The notes under the pieces were generated by a model. That model did no database searches, was not told the origin of the DNA, and saw only the letters and a program-made list of their open reading frames with translations. The translations under genes were made by a program, and so were the position numbers. Shown here one piece after another: positions 18,525-29,109 of a stretch of 53,758 nt of DNA; the first letter of the stretch is position 1, and each line of letters begins with the position of its first letter. This stretch comes from Solirubrobacteraceae bacterium (lineage in GTDB: Bacteria; Actinomycetota; Thermoleophilia; Solirubrobacterales; Solirubrobacteraceae), in NCBI GenBank assembly GCA_017882465.1, contig JADGPN010000001.1, forward strand, positions 1-53,758. Reading direction: 5' to 3'.

Positions 18525-19745
18525 ATGCGTGCTCCCGCCCTCGTCGGGCTGATCGGCGTCGCGATGCTCCCCGCCGCGTGCGGCGGATCGAGCCCGCACG
18601 TCCCCACGAGGAGCGCGGCAGCGCCGTCCGGCACCCCGTCCTGCCCGTCGCGGGCGACCGCGGCGCCGAGCCTGACCCGGGTCAGAACGCAGATGATGGC
18701 GCTGCCCGGCGCCCCCTACACAATCGTCTCCACCGAGCGGTGGTCGTTCGTGTCCACCGCGGGCGAGGTCGACGTGCTGCGCAACGGCCGGTTCGCTCCG
18801 CGCTTGGTCAGGAGCATGCGGCTGCCCGCGGCGTCGGGCAGCGGCCGTCATGGCATGGCGCTGACCCACGACGGCCGCTATCTCCTCGTCAGCGGCGGAA
18901 GCGGAGCCGTGGTGATCGGCGTCAACCGGGCCGAGCGCGGTACCCGCCACCCGGTCCTGGGCATGCTCACCAGCGCGGTGCAGGGCAGCCCCGCATTGGC
19001 CGGCTCGATCGCCGTGGTGATCTCGCCGGATGACCGCTTCGCCTACGTCGCCCGGGCTCGAGCCAGCGGGGTGGCGGTGTTCGATCTCGCCTCGGCGCTG
19101 GCCGATCGCCTGCACACCTCGGGCTACATCGGCCGGGTGCCGCTGAGGAACGGACCCGCGGCGCTCGCGCTCGGCCCCCGCGGACGCTGGCTGTACGCCA
19201 CCAGCCTCGCCTCGCCGAACGGCGCCGCGGGCAGCCGCGCGGCCGGAGCTCAGGGCGGAACGCTGACCATGATCGACGCAATCCGCGCTCGGACTCGCCC
19301 TGACTCGGCGGCGGTGCGCGCGGTGGCGGCCGGCTGCGAGCCCGTGCGGGTGACCGTCTCGGCCGCCGGCCGCCTGGTCTGGGTCACCGCCCTGGCCAGC
19401 CACGCGGTGCTCGGCTATTCGAGCTCGCGGATCCTGCATCGGGTGCCCCGGCCGATGATCGCCTACGTCCCGGTGGGGAGCGCGCCGGTCGGCGTGCTCG
19501 CGATCGACGGAGGGCGGCGGCTGCTGGTCGCCGACTCCGGGGCCGCGGGCACGCCGGCGCCCGGCCCCGGGGTGACCGTGGTCGACGTCGCCGCGGCGGT
19601 CGCGGGCAGGCCCGCGGCGATCGGCACGGTGCCGGCCGGGGTCTACCCGCGCGACCTGGCCGTCCCGCCCGGGCGCCGCACGGCATTCGTGACCAACTAC
19701 GGCTCCGACCAGATCGAGGCCGTGAACCTGAACACCGTGCCGTAG
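18525..19745 (+). CDS. YncE/YVTN-like beta-propeller lipoprotein
   Basis: Lipobox PAAC; repeats SPDDRFAYV, GRWLYA, GRRTAFVTNYGS. Confidence 0.75.
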   Translation: MRAPALVGLIGVAMLPAACGGSSPHVPTRSAAAPSGTPSCPSRATAAPSLTRVRTQMMALPGAPYTIVSTERWSFVSTAGEVDVLRNGRFAPRLVRSMRLPAASGSGRHGMALTHDGRYLLVSGGSGAVVIGVNRAERGTRHPVLGMLTSAVQGSPALAGSIAVVISPDDRFAYVARARASGVAVFDLASALADRLHTSGYIGRVPLRNGPAALALGPRGRWLYATSLASPNGAAGSRAAGAQGGTLTMIDAIRARTRPDSAAVRAVAAGCEPVRVTVSAAGRLVWVTALASHAVLGYSSSRILHRVPRPMIAYVPVGSAPVGVLAIDGGRRLLVADSGAAGTPAPGPGVTVVDVAAAVAGRPAAIGTVPAGVYPRDLAVPPGRRTAFVTNYGSDQIEAVNLNTVP

Positions 19746-19778
19746 GGCCGGCCAGTGCTCGCCACTCTGCGGACCCGG

Positions 19779-20186
19779 CTACGGCGCCACGACGATCGTC
19801 GCGTTCATCCCGGGATGGATCGTGCAGCGGTACTGGATCGTGCCCGCTTTGGTCAGCTTCAGCGAGAAGGTCCCGCCGTTCGCGAAGGTCTGCGACGAGG
19901 TGAACTTCGGTCCGCCCACGTAGGTGACGTTGTGCGGCGCCGAGTCCATGTTGGTCCACTTCACCGTCTGGCCGACCCTGGCATGCGTGACGGCCGGGTT
20001 GAAGGCGATGTTCTGCATCACGATCGGCACCACGGCCCCCGACGCTCCGCTGGTTGCGGGCGTGCTGGTGGCGGCGGGAGTCGAGCTGGGGCTCGAGCTG
20101 GAGGAGGAGCTGGAGGAGGAGCTGGAGCCGCACCCGGCCAGCGCCAGCAGGATCAGCGGCAGCGCCGCCGCGGGCAGTCGTTTCAT
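19779..20186 (-). CDS. Plastocyanin/azurin-family (cupredoxin) lipoprotein
   Basis: Lipobox LAGC; poly-Ser linker; type-1 Cu ligands PHNV...YRCTIHPGM. Confidence 0.92.
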   Translation of the reverse strand: MKRLPAAALPLILLALAGCGSSSSSSSSSSSSPSSTPAATSTPATSGASGAVVPIVMQNIAFNPAVTHARVGQTVKWTNMDSAPHNVTYVGGPKFTSSQTFANGGTFSLKLTKAGTIQYRCTIHPGMNATIVVAP

Positions 20187-20314
20187 CTGGGGACACTCCT
20201 GTTCGAACTTGAGAGCATGGTGTGAACCAAGGACACGATCGAGAGGCGAAAGCTTCCCCGGGGTGGAGCCACCGCGGAACAGCGTACTGCGTGCCAGACC
20301 CTAGACTTGTCGTC

Positions 20315-21064
20315 ATGTCCGGGCATTCCAAATGGCATTCGATCAAGCACAAGAAGGCGGTCGTCGACGCGCGTCGCGGCCAGCACTTCACCAAGCTCGC
20401 CCGCGCGATCACCGTCGCCGCGCGTGAGGGAGGGGGCGATGCCGACGGCAACCCGGCGCTCGCGCTGGCGATCCAGCGCGCCCGCGACGCCTCGATGCCG
20501 AAGGACAACATCGAGCGGGCGATCGCCAAAGGCACGGGCGCGGGTGTGGACACCGAGCAGATCGAGACGGTGCTCTACGAGGGATACGGGCCGGGAGGGG
20601 TGGCGCTCCTGATCGAGGCGCTCACCGACAACCGCAATCGCACCGGCGCCGACGTGCGCCACGCGCTCAGCAAGCACGGCGGCAGCCTCGGCGAGCCGGG
20701 GTCGGTGTCCTACCTGTTCGACAAGCGTGGGGTGATCGTGGTCGACGCCGGCCGATACGGCGAGGATGACCTGATCGGAGCGATCGACGCCGGCGCCGAG
20801 GACATCGTGCTCGACGAGGACGTGTACGAGATCCTCACCGAGCCCTCGGATCTCGCCTCGGTCCGAGCAGCGCTCGAGCAGTCAGGCGTCGAGCTCGAGA
20901 GCGCCGACGTGAGCCAGCGCCCCCGGGCGCGGGTTCCCGTCGACGAGGCGGATGCCTCCAGGCTGATGAAGCTAATCGACGCGCTCGAGGAATCCGACGA
21001 CGTCGGCGCCGTGCATGCCAACTTCGATGTCGACGCGGACGTGCTCGAGCGCATCGCGGGTTAG
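20315..21064 (+). CDS. yebC: YebC/PmpR family protein
   Basis: MSGHSKWHSIKHKK, MPKDNIERAI, YEGYGPGGVA, TDNRNRT. Confidence 0.97.
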   Translation: MSGHSKWHSIKHKKAVVDARRGQHFTKLARAITVAAREGGGDADGNPALALAIQRARDASMPKDNIERAIAKGTGAGVDTEQIETVLYEGYGPGGVALLIEALTDNRNRTGADVRHALSKHGGSLGEPGSVSYLFDKRGVIVVDAGRYGEDDLIGAIDAGAEDIVLDEDVYEILTEPSDLASVRAALEQSGVELESADVSQRPRARVPVDEADASRLMKLIDALEESDDVGAVHANFDVDADVLERIAG

Positions 21065-21098
21065 CCCGCCGGCGACTCTCGCTACCCTTCCCCGCCCG

Positions 21099-21659
21099 AT
21101 GTCCATACGCGAGAAGATCCCCCCGGTCCTCGTGGCCGCAGCCACCACCGTCGGCCTCGCGGCCTGCGGAAGCTCCAAGGCCCCGGGAATCGCCCAGGCC
21201 CCCTCGGGCGGGGTGACCCAGGCGTCGACGCCGGCCTCGACGCCGACCACGGCTTCGACGTCCACCACCCCCGCGGTTCCGAAGGCATTGTCGAAGAAGC
21301 CGCTCGTGGCGGTGCCCACCGGCCCCGCGCCGGCCCATCTGGTGACCAAGGACCTGGTCGTCGGCACCGGCCCGACCGCCACCGCCGGGCAGACGATCAC
21401 CGTCAACTACGTCGGAGTCCTGTACAAGGGCGGAAAGCAGTTCGACGCCTCCTGGGACCGCAACCAGACGTTCACCACGCCGCTCAGCAATGGCAGCGTG
21501 ATCCCGGGGTGGGTGCAGGGCATCGCGGGGATGAAGGTCGGCGGACGGCGCATGCTGATCATCCCCCCGAACCTCGCCTACGGCGCCACCGGGCAGCCGC
21601 CTACGATCCCCGCGAACGCGACCCTCGTCTTCGTGGTCGATCTGCTTTCGGCCCAATAG
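21099..21659 (+). CDS. FKBP-type peptidyl-prolyl isomerase, lipoprotein
   Basis: LAAC lipobox; VNYVG, FDASW, VIPGW, MKVGGRR, IPPNLAYG, LVFVVDL. Confidence 0.95.
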   Translation: MSIREKIPPVLVAAATTVGLAACGSSKAPGIAQAPSGGVTQASTPASTPTTASTSTTPAVPKALSKKPLVAVPTGPAPAHLVTKDLVVGTGPTATAGQTITVNYVGVLYKGGKQFDASWDRNQTFTTPLSNGSVIPGWVQGIAGMKVGGRRMLIIPPNLAYGATGQPPTIPANATLVFVVDLLSAQ

Positions 21660-21669
21660 CACCCGCCGA

Positions 21670-21804
21670 CCCTCCCTCGGCGACCGCCGCCCGCAGCTCC
21701 TCGAGTCCGACCCCCTCGGCGGCCAGACGCTCGAGCAGCTCGAGCCGAGCCGTCCGCTCATCACCGTCGAGCCCGTCGAGCAACCCCGCGCCGGCAAAGT
21801 CCAC
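21670..21804 (-). pseudogene. N-terminal stub of an Rv1264-type adenylate cyclase (regulatory domain)
   Basis: VDFAGAGLLDGLDGDERTARLELLERLAAEGVGLEELRAAVAEG, then runs into the antisense FKBP 3' end. Confidence 0.55.
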
Positions 21805-21955
21805 GCTGCCATCCTGTCGCACCTGAGACGGGGAAAGCCAGCCGCCGGCACCATCGGCTAGCATGCGCCGCCCTCGCGGGCACACCGGGACCAGACCGCA
21901 CCGGTCCGGGCCCTGGTCCGCACGAGCCTTCCGTCAACGCTAGGACCCTGCGCAC

Positions 21956-22639
21956 ATGCTCTCGATCCTGATGCCCGTGTACAACGAGTTCGAGCGCGTC
22001 GAGCGAGCGATCATCGAGGTGCTGGGCACCGAGCTGCCCGCGGACTTCGAGCTGATCATCGTCGACGACGGGTCGACCGACGGGACGCGTGAGATCCTCC
22101 GCTCCGGCGATTGGGGTCCGCGTGTGCGGCTGTTCGAGCACGAGGAGAATCAGGGCAAGGGCGCCGCGATCCGCACCGCCCTCGGCCACGCGCAGGGTGA
22201 CTTCGCCGCCATCTTCGACGCCGACCTCGAATACGACCCCGCCGACCTCGGGCTGCTGATGCCGCCACTGATGGATGGTCGCGCCAATGCCTGCTTCGGC
22301 GTGCGCGCGTTCGACGGCTACACCAGTCACTCGTTCCTGTTCGTGCTCGGGAACAAGGGGGTCACGCTGGCCTGCAACATCCTCTACAACGTGTACCTAC
22401 ACGACATCATGACCTGCCACAAGATGATCCGGATGGACATCTTCCGCAGCCTGCCGCTGCAGTCGCCGGGATTCGCGATCGAGCCCGAGATCACGGCGCG
22501 CCTCGTCCAGCGCGGCGAGCGCATCTTCGAGGTGCCCGTGCACTATCGGGCTCGTGCCACCGAGGAGGGCAAGAAGCTCACCGCGCTGGACGGCTTCCGG
22601 GTCATCGGAACCCTCCTGCGCTGCAAGTTCTCGCGCTGA
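21956..22639 (+). CDS. GT2 glycosyltransferase (polyprenol-phosphate sugar synthase-like)
   Basis: SILMPVYNE, VDDGSTDGT, NQGKGAA, DADLEYDP, FAIEPEIT, EGKK. Confidence 0.93.
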   Translation: MLSILMPVYNEFERVERAIIEVLGTELPADFELIIVDDGSTDGTREILRSGDWGPRVRLFEHEENQGKGAAIRTALGHAQGDFAAIFDADLEYDPADLGLLMPPLMDGRANACFGVRAFDGYTSHSFLFVLGNKGVTLACNILYNVYLHDIMTCHKMIRMDIFRSLPLQSPGFAIEPEITARLVQRGERIFEVPVHYRARATEEGKKLTALDGFRVIGTLLRCKFSR

Positions 22640-22714
22640 AAGGCCGCGCCGGGGACGGGTCTGACACCCCGCCGGGGCGACCAGGCCGCCCCCGCGCCGG
22701 GCGCCGGGGACCCG

Positions 22715-24619
22715 TCAGGGCGCGATCTGCGCCGCGGACCTGTAGATCGACTGCAGCGCGGTGAACGCCGGCTTGGGCTGGCCGAGGAAGTCGACCAGCC
22801 CCTTGTTGAAGAACGGCGGGTCCGACAGCGGGTTTCCGCCGGCCCAACCCGGGCGGCAGACGAAGTCCTGGAGCGCCCAGTAGATCGAGCCGGAGAGCCA
22901 TGGCTTCTGGTCGAAGACGCTCAGGTGGTAGGTCGCCGAGGCCACCTGGAAGGCATACGTGCCGCGCTGCTCGACCGGTCCGCTGCGGTCCGCCTCGAAA
23001 CCGAACTCGGACACGAACAGCGCCTTGGTCGGGTAGCAGGCATGGAAGGAGTCGAGGAAGGGCCCGAGCTGGTCGCGATCCGCAGTTGCGCCGCGGGCCA
23101 CGCTGTACCAGCCGAAGTAGTCGTTGAACCCGACCACGTCGAGCGGCGCGTAGGCCCGCTGACAGCCCACTCCGGGCCAGGCACCGACCGCCATCCCCAC
23201 CGGGCGCGTCGGATCGAGCCGGTGGGCCAGCGACACGGCACCCGCGATGTAGGTTCCCTCCTGGGGCGGGGCGGGGGAGACCAATTCGTTGCCCACGCTC
23301 CAGAGCAGGATCGAAGGGTGGTTCTGATTGGCGAGGATGTTCTGCTGCAGCATCGAGTGGACGAATCCCACCCAAGCCGGCTGGGTCAGGTATTGGAGCT
23401 GCGTTTGGTAGACCGGGATCTCGCTCCAGAGCAGGATGCCGTAGCGGTCGGCGAGCTCCTCGAGCAGCGGGTCCGACGGGTACTGGCCGCGGATCAGGTC
23501 GGCGCCCAGGCTCCGCGTCCAATCCACCAGGCGCCTGATGTGGGCGGGGTCCAGCCCGCCTCCCAGCACGATGTCCTGTTCCTGCAGGCCGACCCCGCGC
23601 AGGTCGAGCCGCCGTCCGTTGAGCAGCAGCCGGCCGCCGCTGAGCGCGATCGATCGGATCCCGCTATAGGTGAGGTAGCCGGCGAGCTCATTCCCCTTTG
23701 GGTCCGACGCGGTCAGGGTCGCGCGGTACAGAGTGGGGCTGCCCGGCGCCCACAGACGCGGCCTGGCGACGTGGACCAGCGCGTGCGCGGTCCACGTGCG
23801 GCCGGGCGCGATCGTCCTCTGGCCGAAGTCGAGCCGCGTGCCACCGTAGGTCCCCCGCAGGCGCACGGTCTGAGCCGACCCGGTGACGTTGCGCACCAGC
23901 GCCTGCTCGTCGATCATCGCCGAGCAGGAGGGGCAGGCCAGCAGGGGGCGGACCTGGACCTGGGCGATGTCGACCCTGTCCACCGGGCGCAGGTAGACCT
24001 CGCGCAGGATCCCGCCGTAGTTCCACCAGCCGCCGATGTCGGTGCGTCCGCCCCCGGCCGGCCCGGGAGGCAGATCGGAGAGATAGTGCCGGTCATCGAC
24101 GCGCACCACGAGCCGGTTCACGCCGTGCAGGCGCAGGCCGGTGAGGTCGACCTCGAACGGCAGGAACGCCCCCACATGCTGTCCCACCAAGCGGCCGTTG
24201 AGCCAGATCTCGGCCCGGTAGTTGACCGACTCGAAGCGGAGGATCCAGTGCAGGTCCGCGACGCGGGCGCCGCGCGGCAGGCCGCTCGTCGGCAGGCTGA
24301 AGTCCTTGCGGTACCAGCCCACGTATCCGACCATGCTCGCGGTCGACTGATCGCCGGCGTTGTAGGCGTTGGGGACCGAGACCGGAGACCAGCCGTCGGT
24401 GGCGGCCACGTCGCGCCAGAAGCCCTCGGCGATGCCCGCATCGGCGCGGTCCGGGCGGTACAGCCAGGTCCCCCCGACCAGGTAGCGGTCGGTCTGCCCG
24501 TCCCGGTAGACCGACCCTTGGACGGGGGTGTCGGGGGGGTAAACGGGCCCCTGAGCGCGCGCGGCGGCGCACGCGCAGAGCGTGATCACCAGGGACAGGA
24601 CGAGAGATCGGACGAGCAC
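22715..24619 (-). CDS. Secreted GH2 glycoside hydrolase (beta-glucuronidase/galactosidase-like)
   Basis: Signal peptide; GWYRKDF, FESVNY, NYGGILREV, WSVGNE (acid/base), VSEFG (nucleophile), NKGL. Confidence 0.9.
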   Translation of the reverse strand: MLVRSLVLSLVITLCACAAARAQGPVYPPDTPVQGSVYRDGQTDRYLVGGTWLYRPDRADAGIAEGFWRDVAATDGWSPVSVPNAYNAGDQSTASMVGYVGWYRKDFSLPTSGLPRGARVADLHWILRFESVNYRAEIWLNGRLVGQHVGAFLPFEVDLTGLRLHGVNRLVVRVDDRHYLSDLPPGPAGGGRTDIGGWWNYGGILREVYLRPVDRVDIAQVQVRPLLACPSCSAMIDEQALVRNVTGSAQTVRLRGTYGGTRLDFGQRTIAPGRTWTAHALVHVARPRLWAPGSPTLYRATLTASDPKGNELAGYLTYSGIRSIALSGGRLLLNGRRLDLRGVGLQEQDIVLGGGLDPAHIRRLVDWTRSLGADLIRGQYPSDPLLEELADRYGILLWSEIPVYQTQLQYLTQPAWVGFVHSMLQQNILANQNHPSILLWSVGNELVSPAPPQEGTYIAGAVSLAHRLDPTRPVGMAVGAWPGVGCQRAYAPLDVVGFNDYFGWYSVARGATADRDQLGPFLDSFHACYPTKALFVSEFGFEADRSGPVEQRGTYAFQVASATYHLSVFDQKPWLSGSIYWALQDFVCRPGWAGGNPLSDPPFFNKGLVDFLGQPKPAFTALQSIYRSAAQIAP

Positions 24620-24701
24620 AGGCAGCGTTCAGCAAGGCGCGCCGGCCCGTCGCGCTGGAGAGGGAAATATTAGGGCCCAGGCCGCTAGAATCGAAGCCCC
24701 C

Positions 24702-26201
24702 ATGCCCGCTCGCGAGCACGCGGGGGAACAGATCGAGGTCGACGATCCGCTGACGCGGGCGCCCGATCCTGAGTCCCCGAACGGAACTTCAGCGCCCCGC
24801 CGGATCGACCTGGCCGGGTTCGTGTCCCCACCGGTGGTGCGGATCGTCCTCGCCTGCCTGGCGCTGGCTGCGCTCTCCGCCGCGCTGCTCCCGACGGTCC
24901 CGAGCTACGACCCGTGGGCGTGGATCGTCTGGGGCCGTGAGGTCGTCGACCCCCACCTCAGCTTCGCCACCGGCGGCGGACCGTCGTGGAAGCCGCTCCC
25001 GGTGCTGTTCACGACCGTCTACGGGCTCTTCGGTGGCGCCGCGCCGACGCTGTGGGTGATCACGGCGCGGGCCGGCGGCCTGCTGGCGCTGGTGGCGGCG
25101 TGGAGGCTGGGAACTCGGTTCGCGGGCTGGATCGCCGGCCTGGTCGCCGTGCTCGGCGTCGCGCTGACCCAGGATTGGTTCTACTACCTGTTCCGCGGCA
25201 CCTCGGAGCCGATGCTGGTGGGCGCCTGCCTGTGGGCGATCGACCGGCACCTGTCGGGCAAGCGGGGGCAGGCGTTCGTGCTCGGGGTGGCCGCGGCGCT
25301 GATCCGTCCGGAGGCGTGGCCGTTCATCGTCGTGTACGCCATCTGGCTGTGGTTCCGCGAGCCACAGCTGCGCGCGCTGATCGTCGTGGGATCGGCCTCG
25401 ATTCCCGCGCTGTGGTTCATCCCGCCCTGGATCGGCTCCGGCCAGCCGTTCCTGGCCGCCTCGCATGCCAAGTCCTACAACGGCCATCTCGGCAGCCATC
25501 CGTCGCTGGAGGCGCTGCGTCGCGCCGCGGATCTGCAGGTCCTGCCGGTCCTGATCGCGGCCGCTGTCGGCGTCGCCTTTGCGTGGTTCAAGGATCGCGA
25601 CAAGGTGGTGCTCGGTCTCGCCGGCGGAGCCCTGGCCTGGATCGTGCTCGTGATCGCGATGGTGATCGACGGCTACCCGGGGCTCGAGCGCTTCTTTCTG
25701 CCCGCGGCTGCGGTCATCTGCGTGCTCGCCGGCATCGGAGTGGCCCGGGTGGCGATGCTCGCCGGCGGCGGCGCGGCGACGACGGCGATCGCGGTGGTGC
25801 TGATCGCCATCTCGATCCCGCTGGCCTGGAGCCGGATCGACACCGCCCGGGCCCAGAAGGCAGTCGCCGACAGGGCCGTCCGCACGCTCGACGAGCTCTC
25901 GGCGGCGGTTCGCACCGTGGGCGGCCACGCCGGCGTGCTTCCGTGCCGTTCGAGCTTCTCGGCCGTCAACCATGGTGTGCAGACCGCGCTGGCGTGGAAG
26001 CTTCATGTGACCCTGGGTCGCGTCGGCACGTCGCTGCGCCATCCCGGGGTGCTGTTCATCGGGCCCCACAACACCATCGACGGTGGTCCGGCGCCGGTGC
26101 GCGTGACCCCCCGGGTCGAGCAGCAGCTGGCCAGCGTCGGCGGCTGGCGCGTCTACCGCGTCACCCGCCCCGGCGCCTCCAACCGCTGCGTCGGCCGCTA
26201 G
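24702..26201 (+). CDS. Polytopic membrane protein, possible GT-C-fold glycosyltransferase
   Basis: Many TM helices; PSYDPWAW in first loop, SEP, RPEAW, ERF motifs. Function is inferred. Confidence 0.7.
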   Translation: MPAREHAGEQIEVDDPLTRAPDPESPNGTSAPRRIDLAGFVSPPVVRIVLACLALAALSAALLPTVPSYDPWAWIVWGREVVDPHLSFATGGGPSWKPLPVLFTTVYGLFGGAAPTLWVITARAGGLLALVAAWRLGTRFAGWIAGLVAVLGVALTQDWFYYLFRGTSEPMLVGACLWAIDRHLSGKRGQAFVLGVAAALIRPEAWPFIVVYAIWLWFREPQLRALIVVGSASIPALWFIPPWIGSGQPFLAASHAKSYNGHLGSHPSLEALRRAADLQVLPVLIAAAVGVAFAWFKDRDKVVLGLAGGALAWIVLVIAMVIDGYPGLERFFLPAAAVICVLAGIGVARVAMLAGGGAATTAIAVVLIAISIPLAWSRIDTARAQKAVADRAVRTLDELSAAVRTVGGHAGVLPCRSSFSAVNHGVQTALAWKLHVTLGRVGTSLRHPGVLFIGPHNTIDGGPAPVRVTPRVEQQLASVGGWRVYRVTRPGASNRCVGR

Positions 26202-26211
26202 CCCTCAGGCG

Positions 26212-26388
26212 ATGCCGTTCCTGAGAGCGCTGGCGATCGGGTTCGCGGCCCTCGCCGTCCTGTTCCTGCTCGCCGCCGTGCTCGGCATGATCAACGGTCG
26301 CATGAGCCCCAGAACCGGGGTGCTGCTGCGCAGCATTGCGCTGTTCTGCTTCGCGCTGACCGTGGTGCTGAACGTCGCCTCCCGGTAG
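26212..26388 (+). CDS. Small 2-TM membrane protein (58 aa)
   Basis: MPFLRALAIGFAALAVLFLLAAVLGMINGRMSPRTGVLLRSIALFCFALTVVLNVASR; below the ORF-track cutoff. Confidence 0.65.
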   Translation: MPFLRALAIGFAALAVLFLLAAVLGMINGRMSPRTGVLLRSIALFCFALTVVLNVASR

Positions 26389-26400
26389 CCGGGCGCGCCG

Positions 26401-26535
26401 TCAGACCCCGACCGCGCCCGCCTGGCGGCGTCCGGACGGGTGTCCGCTCAGCGCGGCACTCACCCTGGGCCGAACTGCGAGCCGGCGCACCTGGTCAGCT
26501 CCGCGACCGCCTCCGCGTGCGACTGGGCGGCGCGG
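26401..26535 (-). pseudogene. C-terminal remnant of an HD-GYP domain protein
   Basis: RAAQSHAEAVAELTRCAGSQFGP, a 1-bp frameshift, then RVSAAL; matches the A..EL.R.AGSQFDP.VV motif. Confidence 0.6.
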
Positions 26536-26592
26536 CAGAGCCGGCGCCCAATGGGGCAGGCGTCCGGGCGGCGACGCAGAATGTCGAGTTCG

Positions 26593-27087
26593 ATGATCGT
26601 CCTCGGGATCGACCCCGGTACCGCGAGTACCGGCTATGGAGTTCTGGAGAGCGCGGGCTCGCGGCTGCGCGCACTCGATCATGGCGTGATCGAGACCTCG
26701 CCGGGCATTGCCCTGGAACACCGCCTGAGCGACATCCACGTCCGCATCTGCGAGCTGCTCGACCAGCACTCCCCGGACGCGATGGCGATCGAGGAGCTGT
26801 ACTTCGGCGCCAACGTGCGCACCGCCTTCGCGGTCGGCCAGGCCCGCGGGGTCGTGCTGCTGGCCGCGGGACAGCGCGGAGTGCCGTCGCGCTCCTACAC
26901 GCCCCAACAGGTCAAGGGCGCCGTCTGCGGCAGCGGTCGGGCCGGCAAGGACCAGGTGGGCCGGATGGTGGCCCGGCTGCTCGGCCTCGCCGCGCCACCG
27001 GCGCCCGATCATGCCGCGGACGCGCTCGCGGTGGCGATCTGCGAGGCCAACCGGGCCCCATTGGTCCAGGCGGTGGCGCGCGCATGA
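26593..27087 (+). CDS. ruvC: Holliday junction resolvase RuvC
   Basis: VLGIDPG, AIEELYF, QARGV, YTPQQVK, DAL. Confidence 0.97.
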   Translation: MIVLGIDPGTASTGYGVLESAGSRLRALDHGVIETSPGIALEHRLSDIHVRICELLDQHSPDAMAIEELYFGANVRTAFAVGQARGVVLLAAGQRGVPSRSYTPQQVKGAVCGSGRAGKDQVGRMVARLLGLAAPPAPDHAADALAVAICEANRAPLVQAVARA

Positions 27088-27662
27088 TCGCGCTGCTGTC
27101 GGGCACTGTGGCCGTGCGCCGCGGCGATCACGTCGTGGTCGACTGCGGCGGCGTCGGCTACCGGCTCGCGGTCTCGACCGAGACGCTCCGGCAGGTGCCG
27201 GCGGTCGGCGGCGAGAGCGTCCTGCATACCCACATGGTGGTCCGCGATGACGCTCTGGCCCTGTACGGCTTCGCGACCGAGCAGGAGCGCGAGCTGTTCC
27301 TGATGCTGCTCGGGGTGCAGTCGGTCGGGCCCAAGGTGGCGCTCGCCGTGCTCTCGGGCGGTCCGCCCCGTGAGCTCTTGGCCACGCTGGCCGCGGGCGA
27401 CTCGGCGCGCCTGCAGGCCGTGCCGGGGATCGGGAAGCGCACCGCTGAGCGGATCATCGTCGAGCTGCGCGAGAAGGTGGGTGTGAGCCTGCCGGAGCAG
27501 GCGATCTCGGTCTCGCGGTCCGAGGACCCGCTCACGATCGCGCGGGAGGGGCTGCTCGGGCTCGGCTACACGCCGGTGGAGGCCGATGAGCTGCTCGACG
27601 GCGCCGCGGGAGAACGTCCGGAGGACCTGATCGCGGATGCGCTCCGGTCGGCCCGCCGCTGA
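27084..27662 (+). CDS. ruvA: Holliday junction branch migration protein RuvA
   Basis: [35 protein letters not shown]. Confidence 0.97.
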   Translation: MIALLSGTVAVRRGDHVVVDCGGVGYRLAVSTETLRQVPAVGGESVLHTHMVVRDDALALYGFATEQERELFLMLLGVQSVGPKVALAVLSGGPPRELLATLAAGDSARLQAVPGIGKRTAERIIVELREKVGVSLPEQAISVSRSEDPLTIAREGLLGLGYTPVEADELLDGAAGERPEDLIADALRSARR

Positions 27663-27663
27663 G

Positions 27664-28695
27664 ATGAGCGGCGCCGGAGGGCCGGGGGCGCCCAGGATCC
27701 AGGCCCCCGAGGCGCTGCCCGAGGAGGACCTCGACCGCTCCCTGCGCCCGCGCCGGCTGGAGGACTTCGTCGGCCAAGAGGCGCTCAAGGACCAGCTCGC
27801 GGTCTCGATCGCCGCCGCTGGGTCGCGCGGCGAGGCGCTCGACCACGTCCTGCTCGCGGGACCTCCCGGGCTGGGTAAGACGTCGCTGGCGCAGATTCTC
27901 GCCGCCGAGCTCGATGTCCCGTTCGTCCAGACCGCGGGCCCGGCGCTCGAGCGCAAGGGCGACGTGGCCGCGTTCCTCACTGCGCTGGAGCCGCGGGCCG
28001 TGTTCTTCGTCGACGAGATCCACCGCCTCCCGCGGGCCCTGGAGGAGACCTTCTATCCGGCGATGGAGGACGGCTGCCTGCCGATCACCGTCGGGCAGGG
28101 CGCCGGCGCCCGGGTGGTGACGATCGACCTGCCGCCGTTCACGCTGATCGGCGCGACCACGCGCACCGGCCTGCTGACGACGCCGCTGCGGGACCGCTTC
28201 GGGATCCAGCACCGTCTCGAGCACTACGGCGCGCACGACCTGGCCCGGATCGTGCGTCGCAGCGCCCGGCTGCTCGACGTCGCGATCGAGGACGAGGGCG
28301 CGGTCGCGATCGCCGCCCGCAGCCGCGGGACTCCGCGCGTGGCCAACCGGCTGCTGAAGCGGGTGCGGGACTACGCCGAGGTGCGCGGCGCCGGCGTCGT
28401 CACCGGCCCCGTCGCCGCGGACGCCCTCGATCTGCTCCAGGTCGACCACGAGGGCCTCGACCGGCTCGACCGCGAGATCCTGCGCGTGATCTGCGAGAAG
28501 TTCGGGGGCGGGCCGGTGGGCCTGTCGACGCTGGCCGTGGCCGTCGGGGAGGAACAGGACACGATCGAGGACGTGTACGAGCCCTACCTGCTCCAGCGCG
28601 GACTGATCGAGCGCACGCCGCGCGGCCGGGCCGCAACCCGGCGCGCATACGAGCATCTCGGGCTCGACCCGCCGGGGCCGCTGGCCCTGCTGTAG
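27664..28695 (+). CDS. ruvB: Holliday junction branch migration helicase RuvB
   Basis: [43 protein letters not shown]. Confidence 0.98.
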   Translation: MSGAGGPGAPRIQAPEALPEEDLDRSLRPRRLEDFVGQEALKDQLAVSIAAAGSRGEALDHVLLAGPPGLGKTSLAQILAAELDVPFVQTAGPALERKGDVAAFLTALEPRAVFFVDEIHRLPRALEETFYPAMEDGCLPITVGQGAGARVVTIDLPPFTLIGATTRTGLLTTPLRDRFGIQHRLEHYGAHDLARIVRRSARLLDVAIEDEGAVAIAARSRGTPRVANRLLKRVRDYAEVRGAGVVTGPVAADALDLLQVDHEGLDRLDREILRVICEKFGGGPVGLSTLAVAVGEEQDTIEDVYEPYLLQRGLIERTPRGRAATRRAYEHLGLDPPGPLALL

Positions 28696-28739
28696 CGGCC
28701 CCGGCGGAGGCGGCCGTCAACCGATGACAGCGATCTTCG

Positions 28740-29100
28740 TCCGGTAGCGGTATTCGGCGAAGTACACGCTCGTCAGGACTTCTCGCGGGTGCCCGTTGGT
28801 GAACGCCAGAGCGATCGTGTCACGCCCGTTACTGTCAAGCTTCACGCAGGGTCGTTCACCTGGATACGTGATCGCCTCACGCGGCGCGCTCCAGCTTCCC
28901 GTGACCGTGCGGGTGGCGTAGGCCGGGTTCCAGTTACCCCCTCGCCAGAACAGGAACAACCGGTCTCCCTCACCCGTGAGGATCGCCGGGTTGGGATAGT
29001 TGTAACCGTCGGACCCGTTCAGGTTGCCGAGGATCTGCTGCGGCGGGCCCCATGCTGTGACGCCCTCGGGACCCCGCGTGGTGCGGTAGCACAACTCGCC
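28740..29100 (-). pseudogene. Internal fragment of a BNR-4 repeat beta-propeller protein
   Basis: YNYPNPAIL...LFLFWRGGNWNP...ERP.VK...AFTNGHPR...SVYF; lacks plausible N- and C-termini. Confidence 0.55.
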
Positions 29101-29109
29101 CGCATCGCG

